From contig CM102290.1 in NCBI GenBank assembly GCA_046563655.1, positions 8,680,001 to 8,744,000 on the forward strand: DNA of 64,000 bases, written 5' to 3'. A program made the translations under genes and the position numbers. Below are positions 1 to 11,003 of this stretch, piece after piece. The notes beneath the pieces are model-generated. The model saw nothing but the letters and a program-made list of their open reading frames with translations. It ran no database searches and was not told the DNA's origin. How positions within the stretch are numbered: the stretch's first letter is position 1; each line of letters starts with the position of its first letter. The stretch is from Yuukianura sp. NJ FZ-2021. Its lineage: Eukaryota.

Positions 1-3000
1 CAGACAGAGGGACGTTGATTGCTGTAAAGAAGCGTCGAGTGTAAGGGATCTGCATGGCCGTCCCTGCAACGGAAATTCGTTGAAGTCGCCGGCTAAGGTC
101 GCCTAGCGAACAGCGATATGGACTCGTTGGGCCACAGTCGGCATAGCCCCTGGGTTCTGTGCTTACCTATTTAAACATCAGGAAAAATTCAGTGAAAGTA
201 TTTAGTTTGCTCAAGTAAATAATATAAGTTTAGCTAAAAACGCTTTAATAAATACCGTAAAGCTTCCAATAAATGCCGATCTGAAACTGTTCGGCGGCAA
301 CGCTTTGTAGCAATAAATCTTAAATCTTCAGTTATCCGTAACCTAACTGTATAATTTGAGTATAGCGAAATTTATCTTATTGGAAGTTTTACGGTATTGA
401 AACAATTTAATTCTTGTTCGTATTCCATACTTTGTATGGATTGAATTGCCCCTCAGCACTGAGACATCTATTTCTCCAGTCAAAGAAGTCCTTTGTGATC
501 TCTCCGGAATGAACTGCCCATTGATGATCCAATGTGTTGTTTTTTGAGCCATCACTGTAGTGCAGTCCACTGATGAAAATTCTAAGATGGACATACAGAA
601 TAATTAAGTGGCTGAGAACTGTGAGGTGGAAATTTAGAGTAATGCGTGGCCTAGAATGCAGACTGAAGTAACATGCGGTACCATACCACACTGACGTTTA
701 AGAACTTAAAAAGCCCTGTAGTGTTAAGTGCCACAGTCACACCTCGTGGTTTCGTTTCTGCGGGCGGTATGAGGATTCCAAATGATCCATCACTTTCTTT
801 TCTTGACAATTATCAAGGTGGGACCTTATTAATCACTGCTACAAAAATATTCTAGACCATCATCAGTCATTCCCAATTAACAAGTTGCAGAAGATCCACC
901 TAACATCTCCAATTCCGACTTCAAAAGTTCTTATTACTAAAAGAAACTTTCAGGTTTTGAATTTCCTAACATGCATTATTTACGTCTGTGAAAATACGAC
1001 AGCATTTAAAATTTTTTGACATACGGATTTTTTTGTGAATTGGACTTCTTAGATTTTGTGTAATAACAAGAGTGATTTACATGCAACTGTTGAAAACGAC
1101 ACGTTTTTGTGCATGCACGGAATTTTAGGAACTAAAAATTGGAGTTTCTCAAATGGGTTTTTGGGAAGGATGTGTTATGTTTTTGCTCGTGGGAAAATTC
1201 TATTGTTAATTTTTTATGTTACTAAAATTGAGAAACAATGAAACAGCTTGGATGAGGTTGCATTTTGCCATTTGAGGCTTCATCGCCATACTTGGATTAT
1301 GTAACATCGCAAGGTGTGGGTACGCAATTCTCTTGTTCTGGTCTTAAGACTAATTGTGCCAATAATTAACAAACTGCAAAGTGATGTCGTACTAACCTTG
1401 TTTCTGCAAATGGATCATTGGCTTCTTGTAGGAAGTACATGGAACCCACCAGTGGGTATCTGAATGTGGCTACAGCAGTGAGCACTTCGCGCAGACTCTC
1501 GATGTTGCCACAAATCCAACGACCTCCATCCGACTCCCTGCGGAAATTCCAAATCAAACAATGTTTAGAAAAATTAAAACTGATTGAAGGTTGTTGCCCA
1601 ATTTTGCAAATTTTCCAAATGAGTGACCGGAAATGAAAGCATTCTGATTGACTTTGGAAACTTTCAGCTCTGTAATTTCGTGCTAGGATGCACTAATGCT
1701 AATTGCTGTAATTTAAACTTTACCTTTGAATGACAATTGACCTTCCAAGAATACTGTTGGATCCAAAGAGAGGCAAGTTGACATCACTGTATTTACTGGA
1801 AACATTGTCCAACCCTGTCAGTGGTCCATATTTCCCACTGAGGTCACCCATCTACATAGAAAATAGATTTCGAAATTTTTTTTTTGTAAAGTTATTAATT
1901 CAATTTTTTTTTACCTCAAATTGGTCATCAGTTCCACTTTCGGGAGCAGGGTAGTCGGCCATGTTGACCTGATACGGATTCCATGTTGGTCCAGTGATAG
2001 AACACGGTGACTCATCAATCTGAAATCAATTTGATTTGGAAGTTTTAAAAATTTCAAAATTGAAATAAAAAATCAATCAACAGGATTTTCCTAACCTTCA
2101 GTTTTGGAACTTTCGGCAAATGGTGAACATGAAAGTTTCCTCCTCTGCCGCCAAGACTACGTCCGAGTATGTAGCTAGTAGTTGGATGAAATGGAGTATT
2201 CTGGACAAAGGTAAAGTTGACCTTTGCCCCATGGCCATTGACCAGAGCTACTCCAGTCTTAGGCAGAATCTGAAAACAGGACAATCTGGAACGTTGTTTA
2301 CTAAGATTTAATCCCTTTACTAATCCTTAACCTGCCATTTGTTTACTACAGAGATCAATCAAGTTCGAGTCGAGAATTCGTCATGCGTAGTGTTGGCGTA
2401 TAGAACAAAACAATAGTGATGGGGTCATCTCCTGCTGAGTCTTAATTAGGCGTTGCTTTCTTCCAAAAAAAAAAAAACGCGCCCTCGTCCATTTTTAGTT
2501 TTACTTGTCATCAAATAATGTTTCTTTTTTGATTCTTTTTTTTCGCCCATCACGTTTTTATCACTCCAACCCAATTTTCCGACAACGCAGAATTTTTGGT
2601 GAAAATTTTTCAAAACATTCCCTTACTGCTTTTTGAGATGACATAAAATATTTGCAAAAAAAAATTTGAAGTTTTACCTGGTGGATTCTGCCGCACCCCA
2701 AAATGGTGTCTGGTTTGTCCGGATGAAAAATGGCAACAAAAACTTTACGCCTTCCGACATAAGGAATCATCGGAAGTGTAATGTCAACGTACGACTTTTT
2801 GGAGAAAACGGATTGGCGCACTCCAACACGCACTTTTCCGTGCTTTTCCGTCATGTCACCAACGGCGCATGCCTCTGGAAGTTCCTTCGTACAAGCTACA
2901 TTCCCCGCATGCCCATCAGGATCCCATAACTGCTGTAAAGTGTTACAGTCGTTTTCATCTGTTTAAAAACACATTGAAACACTCATTACATTTAGCCACT

Positions 3001-6000
3001 CCAAAATCCTATTACTTATCTCCACCCTAACTCTAATTAAAATGTAAACTAAAGTATGCGTACACCTCATCTGCCCTTGCGCAACTCAGGTCATTGTCAT
3101 TCCCGCTCCATCTCATACATGTACTTGTTCGTTCCTACATTTAAAATCTTTTGCCTCTTCTCACACTTAAACTTGTTCATCAATGTGCTTTATGCCTGTA
3201 AATTACGTGTGAAATTATCCATAATTACTATTTCTACACCCATATTCTCCAAAACATAAATTGCACAAATGAACAAACGATCCAACTGACACTGACAAAC
3301 GCTAATTATAATTTAGACCTCTATTCAGTACATTTTAGTTTAATTACAACACATTTACAAAATTGGACAAGAAGGGTGCATCTACGACTTATTCTTGAAC
3401 ATTCCCTGGCATCTCCGTTGAAAAATGTGATCTGTGACTGCTTGTCTAAAAGACTTACTGCTGTGTCACTTGCCTTATTGTACGTAGTGTGAACCAGTGT
3501 AACAAAATGTGAACCTAACAATCCATTGAAATCTTTGTCTTCTGCTTCACATCTATCTTGACAAGGAACATTCCTGGAGGGATGGAAACGACGCATCACG
3601 GCGTTTGAACACGCTTGACAAAGCGATTTGAAGAGGATTTCAGAACAGGGAATTAGAGGGGGTTGACAGTTTTGAACAAAAACTGTCTTTGTCCTCTCAC
3701 ATCATCCACAAATACAATTGATCTGGAAATGTATTGTCCAAAATCCTACGCTATAAAAATCTAATCCTGTTCATGTTAAGCAGAACTAACATTGAAAATG
3801 GGATCCATCGAGTCGTTTGAAATTCGCGCGTGAGAACGGAGGCGTGATTCAGCAAAAAGGTGGGAAATGTTTTATGTCTAAACTTAGTTTCAGTTTCTAA
3901 GGTTAGCTAAATCGGAAATTAAAATCTAAAAAGTAAATTAGTAATATTAATTGGAAATGTCTGACCTCTGACATTTGCTGATGAGTAATCTTTAACGAAG
4001 AGTTTCCAGGAGTGGTCCGAGGCTGCTGGTCGATCTTGATTGACATGAAAGATGTCCGTGAAGATGACTGTAGTGAGTCCCTCCCTGTCATTCAAACTGT
4101 GGAAATGAATCGTTCCCGCCATTGGAGTCGTAAGATGGGCCACTCCAAAACGACTGTCCCCCTCAGCCTAAGTACAAATTGGTCACTCAATGTTGAATTG
4201 TCAATTGAAATTCATAAACGACGTGGAGACATTTGGGTCACGTTTCTTACATCAATTGTGGCACAAGTACTTTGACCTCTGGCAATTAGCACTAGAGAAT
4301 GTGCCCAGATTCCGTTGACTCCAGTGAGGTTCAGCTTCTCTGTAGTCAGAGAAATTGTAGATTCCGAGGGAATTTTCAACTTTCCAAAAATGTCATCCAG
4401 CTTCAATAGCCTAATTTATGAGCAGGGAATTGACACAAAGGTTGAAAATGATTTCGGTTTTAAGCTATAATGTTAGGTTTTGGGTTAGGTAAGTCCTTAC
4501 GTGGATCCTAGGGATGCCTGGTCACATCTTGACTCTGGACTCTGTCCATAATTCACTGGGAACTCCCTGATGACCCACGAGTAGTCGAGAGGTTCCACAT
4601 GAAGTGACTCTAGGCTCACCAGAACTGTCACGGTGGATCCAAGGCCTTCTTGCGTCCACAGCACGGTTCCACGGATTCCATTTCCATTCAACGGTGCAAA
4701 CACTGTGATTGGTTGAGCAACCGAGGAACAAAGTCCTGAAAAGAGACACACACACAAATTTAGTTGAGTTTGCTTGTTGCTACCTAATTTTCACTTTCAT
4801 TTTTATGATTCCTATTTTCTATTTCCTGTTTTGAGTATTCATCTTAATTACTCCGGCTCTAACTGTAGCCACAACTGCGTCTTTCTCAAAAAAAAATCCT
4901 TAAATTTCTCATGTTTGTTATACCTAACAATGCAGTCAAAATAATGCTAACTTTTGTATTAACCGAGATTAACTGTGAATCAAAATGCAAAGTCATCTTG
5001 TGGATGTGTAAACACTTTCGAAATAGTAAGATCGTAAGACTATTGTCCACTACGAATTTTAATTTTGGTGGCGGCGATATCGCTTCACAGCAAAATTGGC
5101 ACGAAAATTGGTAGAGAATACAAATGGTGTCACCCATATCGGTGCAGTCGATGCAGCGGTCGGTATTCGTTCTTCACTCTTCTGGTTTCGAAAAAATCCA
5201 ATCTGGAATGGTGCACTGGAGACTGGATGTGCAGCAGCAAAATTGCCGGCCACTCATTGGTCGATTTCAAATTCAAATCACAACCGCCAAATCTGAATGC
5301 GTTTCTAAAACCACTAACTAATGTTAAAATTTATGTTAACATTAGATAATTAGTGCTTTCTGTTTACAATACAGTAAAGAAAATAAATTAATTACTTTGA
5401 ATGACTTAGAAAACTTTGAATTGCAAAATTACATTAATTAATTCGTAAATTTATAATCTACCCGACAATTGTTTCAAAGAATTATACCGTAAAGGATGAA
5501 GAGAGATCGACTGCTTTTCAATACTTTTTGCGGCAGAAAATCGAGACGTCCAAAAAAAACCTCCGGACTTTTTTGGACGCCTCGATTTTCTGCAAGGAAG
5601 AAACGCAGAAAATGTTGAATGTTACATTTTCTGCAAGCAATTTTTGACAACTCGATTTTCTACAAGTAATTTTTGGTTGTGGTTTTGAAAAAAAAGTTTG
5701 CAGCAAATCGTGTTGAAAAGCAGTCGATCTCCCCTCATAGTAAAGAGACCAATCTCATTTCTAGTAGATTTTGAAAGTCTTCCTTTCCCGCTTCTATCGT
5801 TGACACAATAATTGCCGTAACTATAAGTCATAGGGGAAACACAACAATTCTTGATGACACCCAAATCGTCCAAGAAAAGTGACACCAATATCTCGCTGCC
5901 ACCAAAAATTCCTAGTGGACAATACCATTTACTGTTAAGAAATGTTTACACACGAAATGAAAGATGACAATTGTCTCCTCCCTTTTTTATTTATTTTCCA

Positions 6001-8615
6001 ATTTCACATTAACATTTTAAATGAGTATTGCAAGACTTTTAATAAAAATGGACTCAGTTTCTGTAACTTCCGCTCTCTCTCCTTTAGCTTCAAACGTTAC
6101 CTTAACTATACTGAAACCAAAGAAATAAAAACTAAAATAAAAAAAATAAAAATATTTAAAAAGAAAAAACGAAAGTACAAAAAAATGGAAAGCTGAAAAA
6201 TTACTTTAATTAAGCAAGTTGAAAGGCAGATAATAGCCAGGATTTAGAACAAAGTTAAGGTAAAGTGATGGTTGGAGGTTCATCCTCCTTCCGCAGAAGA
6301 GTAATTGAGATTCTTGTGGAGATTTATCCTGATGACTTAATGTCCGTTTCTCTTTCCTACAGACTCCATTACCTTCCAGAAACTTATGATCACATCTTCT
6401 GAACCACTTAAGGAAGCCACACAAGAAGATGGTTGGGGAAGGTGCTGGGAGCGTCAGTTCCAACGGATCTGTACAATGGTCTTCTGCCGACGATGTAACA
6501 AGACGCAAGTGGTTCTTTACACCGTCCGACCACCCAAGTACCCGCTTTAGCCCAGTACATGACAATTGGAATACGAGAGATCCACTCCCTAATACCAGGC
6601 CTCCATGGATGGAGGTCGTTTTTCAAAAAAATGTTTCAAAATGATTTTCATTTTTGGGCAAGAGGAAATTTTCAATTGATGCCCGTAGATCTATCATCGC
6701 CAACCAAAATTGGAGTTGAATTAAAACAGTATTTAGCCTCAAACGGAAGCCATTACGCTCTAAGATTTTGCAAAAAAAAATGCCAAGTCACACTCATATG
6801 CTTAAGTACTACTCAGATTACAACACGGAGGCTGCATGGTGTGATGTAACTTGATCTTTTTTGAACAAGTAGAAGATCGTTAGAATCTTAACATGTCGAA
6901 GGGAGACGCGCGTGTTGTTGATGTTGTCGTTGTCACTTTCCCTTGTCAATCAATCTAAACCAGAGCCTGAATAATCCATTGATTGATTGGGCTAACTGTT
7001 TGGACTAACACAACGCAACTGTACAAGGCTCAAAAGTAATTTCAATTTTAAAAGACTATAAGTGTTTATAAGTCGTCATGATTGAGGATGAGAGGCATGG
7101 ATCAACTGTTGCATAATGACACTTTCTAGTATTAACTTTACACTGAATCACTTGCTATCAAGTGATAATGATCCTTAAGAGTATCAAACATCTTCCCAAC
7201 AGTTCAAAGTCCCCGTGACCCCTTCTTTTGTCAACTTTTCAATTGGAACGAACAATGTAATCGTCGCTTAAGGCCTCAGGAAGCTACTGAAAGGCACCGT
7301 TGTGCTACAAAATGAATTGATAGGGGTGTCACCTTCAATTGGAATTGAATTCAACTTACCAAATTCTCAAAGCGGGTTACTTCTTACACAATCTCTTGAT
7401 TGCCTACAAGATTTTGAAACGCATTTGAAACTGACTTTGAATTTTTGATTTTCAAATTTTTGAAATGCTTTCACACGTTTTAAAAGTTCGCAGTTTCACG
7501 AGTAATTCCTAACTAATCATTCTCGATTAAAAAATTTTCAATTTAAAAAAATCAACGTAATATTAATTCTGGAAGCAGGAAGGAAGATCAAGCGTTGTTG
7601 GTTTCCTTCACCTTCTTTATAATCAAATAATCTTAATAATCAAATTTTTGTTTTAAATTATTTGTGTTCGAAATCGAATTTATAAAACACTGCACTAAGG
7701 CATGTATTTTTTTTTGCTCAGAACAAGTTTTGCTCCAAAAATCATTTTGGACAAACACTTTTTTGTTTTGTGGTGGACCACGGTGTCACAAATGAAAATT
7801 ATTTTAATCAGTGTAAAATGGTCGTAAAGTGATAATAAGGAATCGTTGTGGCTTTTGTTGTGCTTGGTATAACTGTTGCAATGTAGTACGTGTGTTGCAT
7901 GCAACTTTTGCCAAGAAAGTAGGAAAGTCTATAAGGCTATTCTGGTTGGCCTAACGGGACAAACAAAAGTGAAACTTTTGACCGCTTTGCGTTTGTAGTA
8001 ACTCCAATGTCCAACATCGTCAGTATAGTTTGGTATGAGAAAGGAACAGTGCGTAAAAGTATCAATGACTTCAGGAATTTGTAAATTGTGTCAAACCTGT
8101 TTGAAAAAAAAAGGTATGAGTCTTATGGGAGACCGAAGGAGTAATAACCACAGTTTTTCAGAGAAATTGTTAGAGCGGCAAATCCAGGTCGGATTCAAAA
8201 CGAAGAAGATGCATTTGGATACCATTTGGTACATGGGAGAGTTACTACAGAAATTATTCATTCGAGAATAACACTACTATTCTTAACTATTAATCCCAGA
8301 TTAGGCTTCCCACTTCCTCGCTAACCTTATGCACAACCAGGGTCAATGTGCCCCTATCAACAGAAACCTGTAAGAAGAGGTCACAGAACCTGTCCCATTA
8401 TGCAACCTTCCAGGTTCTTGGACTCTTTTCATATCTTGGGACTTTCTAGTAGCCCAACCTCTGTTAATCTCTTCAAAAACAATCAAAACAAGCTAAGCGC
8501 AGACGCAAAAACGTAACAGGAGAGATGAAATCTGAATCCCGCTGCGGGTCTTACCAATTATGAGGCTGATGGAGAACTGAAGTCGCTGAAATCCAAAAGG
8601 GAAAGTTCTTTTCAT
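1..8615 (-). CDS. Rsod: Secreted multi-domain Cu/Zn superoxide-dismutase-fold repeat protein (Rsod / Cu-only SOD repeat protein-like), 3'-partial
   Basis: Exons in transcript order: 8615-8555 (MKRTFPFGFQRLQFSISLII, start of signal peptide), 4735-4501, 4410-4251, 4167-3966, 2958-2678, 2269-2096, 2019-1915, 1851-1724, 1537-1397, 581-431, 166-<1. All introns GT-AG with matching phases, about 600 codons visible. Repeated SOD-fold motifs: CAVGDMTEKHG, GNFHVHHLP, QFEMGDLSGKYG, LFGSNSILGRSIVI, RWICGNI, CSLGDLSRR. The family call is from motif recognition; orthology is untested. Confidence 0.85.
5041..5924. mobile_element. Non-autonomous DNA transposon (MITE) in Rsod intron 1, probable TA target duplication
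   Basis: Imperfect ~40-bp terminal inverted repeats: left TATTGTCCACTACGAATTTTAATTTTGGTGGCGGCGA, right (reverse complement) TATTGTCCACTAGGAATTTTTGGTGGCAGCGA. No transposase ORF. Confidence 0.75.
5496..5738. mobile_element. MITE nested inside the 5041-5924 element
   Basis: Inverted repeats ATGAAGAGAGATCGACTGCTTTTCAATAC and (rc) ATGAGGGGAGATCGACTGCTTTTCAACAC. Flanks CGTAAAGG / AGTAAAGA look like a decayed 8-bp TSD. Confidence 0.7.
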
Positions 8616-9131
8616 TGTGGTTTTTCGTGCGTAAGTTGGTTTTTGAACTCAAAACATTTCCAGACACTAATTAACCTGAGAGCGACCTTTAGTTGAATTG
8701 GCACAAAGCATGCCGCGTGCGTCTGCGCACAAAACAAGATGCTATTCCCACTATCACCAAGGATGAAACACTGTGCTGAAGCACTGGAAGGCTGTCCAAG
8801 AATGCTACGATGCTAGAAGTTGGAGAGATGGTTCATGATAATTCGTTAGCTATTGTCTTGAGGTGTGAAAACTTAAGAGATTCCGTGTGCCCTCAGAGGC
8901 AGAGAGATTCCAACTGAGGTTGAGTAGGTTGTAAGGTGGGGAGCCTTGGCTTTGGTGGATACATGCTTGTGACTGAGACTTCGTAAGGATGTGGTCCCTT
9001 ACCCTTGGATTCTCAATTGTTCAAATGCGTTACTTCCCCAACAAAACCTGCCTTGGAGATTTAAAAACCATTGTTTATTCCCAGTAGGAATTATATGAGA
9101 GCAGGAGTGATGTCGTAGGCAAGTCGTATGA

Positions 9132-9170
9132 GCTACTACATTTGATGCTACGACATTTGATGCTACGACA
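9132..9170. repeat. Short 15-bp tandem repeat, possibly a remnant of a foldback-type transposon end
   Basis: About 2.5 copies of GCTACGACATTTGAT, with an inverted partial copy (ATGTCGTAG) just upstream near 9110. Confidence 0.5.
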
Positions 9171-9875
9171 AATACCGGCAGTAAAACGGATCCCGTGAAA
9201 TCGGTTCCACATGAATGACGAAAGGGCCACTGGCATCTTCCAATCACTTTTTCAAACCAAAGGAATCTGTAGCACCTCGATTTCCCTTTCCCAGGACAGG
9301 GGTTGAATTTAACGCACTAAAATTCGATCTTCGAAAAAAATTATGAACTTCTACGCTAGCACAGTACGTAAGTAGTAGTACTATTTACTATCTACTGGAG
9401 TAAAATTAAAGTGTTCGCGTTACACCTAGATTGTCCTTTGCAAACTTTAAGTCAGGTTGTGTACGGAGATGAAGTGACCTCATGGTAATGGCTAATCTTC
9501 AATTGAAAAAGATGTTCTAATTCTCTCCCACTTTTGTAAATTCTTTCCATCTTCCTTTGAGTTTTAAAATCCATTTGAGTTAGCGCAACATTCATTTCTA
9601 GATGACCTTTGACTTTATTTGTAATTGTTGTTTTGAAAATTTTGAAACAATACAACTTACAGTATACAATACTTTTTGGTTTGCATCGACAACTTTTGGA
9701 GTTGGAAAAATACAAATTAGAAATTCTAATGACACGTTGGTATACAGTGGTTGACGTTTTGAACATTTCGAGAACCAGTGAATCTCAGAATTCTGGCAAG
9801 TAAAATTGTTGGTTTATAATGAGTTTTTCTAAAGCTTTGCTCTACTAGTTTCTTCTTGTGTACGGTCACCACAAA

Positions 9876-10859
9876 TTAGAATTCGGCATTTCCGGGCACT
9901 GGCTCCTGCTCAACAATCCAAATCGGTTGCTTACGATTTCCGCCGACGTTCCCAGCACTGCCGAATTTCTTGTTCAGATACTGTTAATACAAAAAGTTAA
10001 AAGTTAACTCCAACCTCCACTTGCGTTGATTTGTGTCACTCAGTACTTGCGCATAATCTGCTGAGCGCAACCGTCCCTGCGACCCTGTCGCTCGCATCCG
10101 AAGTGTCCCTGATGCATCCTCTGCCGAAGGAAGACTTACGACTCCTCCATTTTCAGAATCAAAGGGAGACTGAGCCACAGGAAGGCCAGTGTCGGACCCC
10201 AAAGTCCCCTGGGGGAATCCACTTCGCTTTCCGTTAGTCCAGCCTCGACTGTACTGGAATGTCTGCCCCTCACACTCCACAAGCACCAGGATTACCACAG
10301 CCAAACATACCTTAATGATTTGAAAGTCGCCATGTTTACTAGAAGAAAAAAAAAGGGGATAGTAAATGACAAACTTTTAATTCAGCAGCAATTAAATTAC
10401 ACATCGGATCAAATTCGAATTAAGGCAAAATTCATAGCAAGAAATTTTTAAAGAACAAGAACTTTTTAAAAATTGGGGGTTTGTTTTTTTGCATAACTAG
10501 AAGTAAATATTTTTTTTTGAAACTTTATTTTAGAATTGACGCTACACTTCAAACAATCCTTATGGGCCAAATTCGATTCAATTTTTTTGCAGTTGCCAAC
10601 CTGGACATATTTTTTTGTCATCAAATTTCGAAACACACAAAAAATGTGAGAATTTTGGCATATTTTTGTCTTCGCTCTTCCACTTTCTTAATTTTTTGAC
10701 CTGCCAAATTTTTAAGAAGGATTTAACGATTACAAAACAATAAGTTAAGATTTTATATATAGTAATGAAATAGTTTCGAGACGGAAGTGAACTTGCTCAC
10801 TTGTGATAACGGTTAAAACTACTGGAAAATGGTGTCGAACCCGGGCGCAGGAAAACCAT
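9876..10859 (-). CDS. Crz: Corazonin neuropeptide precursor ([Arg7]-corazonin)
   Basis: Mature peptide QTFQYSRGWTN followed by GKR (amidation Gly plus dibasic cleavage) directly after the hydrophobic stretch VCLAVVILVLVECEG. Inferred coding exons 10859-10801, 10338-10047, 9980-9876 (151 aa). The start codon and the exon 2 donor are less certain than the peptide. Confidence 0.95.
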
Positions 10860-10964
10860 GACGAGTGTCTGAAACTGTTCAAATAGAGAATTCAAAATAA
10901 GGTTTTGCTAAGTGTCTGCGGAAGTATCTTAAGAACTCAACCAAAAACTGCGCCGAATTGAACT

Positions 10965-11003
10965 TGAAATGGAATCCAGAATTCTGGAACCATGTCTTTT
11001 ATA
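10965..11003 (-). promoter_or_regulatory. Corazonin core promoter: TATA box and initiator-like sequence
   Basis: TATAAAA on the minus strand at 11003-10997, CCATTT initiator-like motif about 33 nt downstream, and the exon 1 ATG about 110 nt further on. Confidence 0.6.

Noticed and set aside
6206..6644. Cluster of short ORFs on both strands in Rsod intron 1
   Set aside because: No recognisable domain and no consistent exon chain; may be a decayed insertion.
8915..8985. let-7-like sequence TGAGGTTGAGTAGGTTGTA
   Set aside because: A 2-nt insertion breaks the seed, the possible hairpin has many bulges, and no miR-100 or miR-125 was seen nearby.
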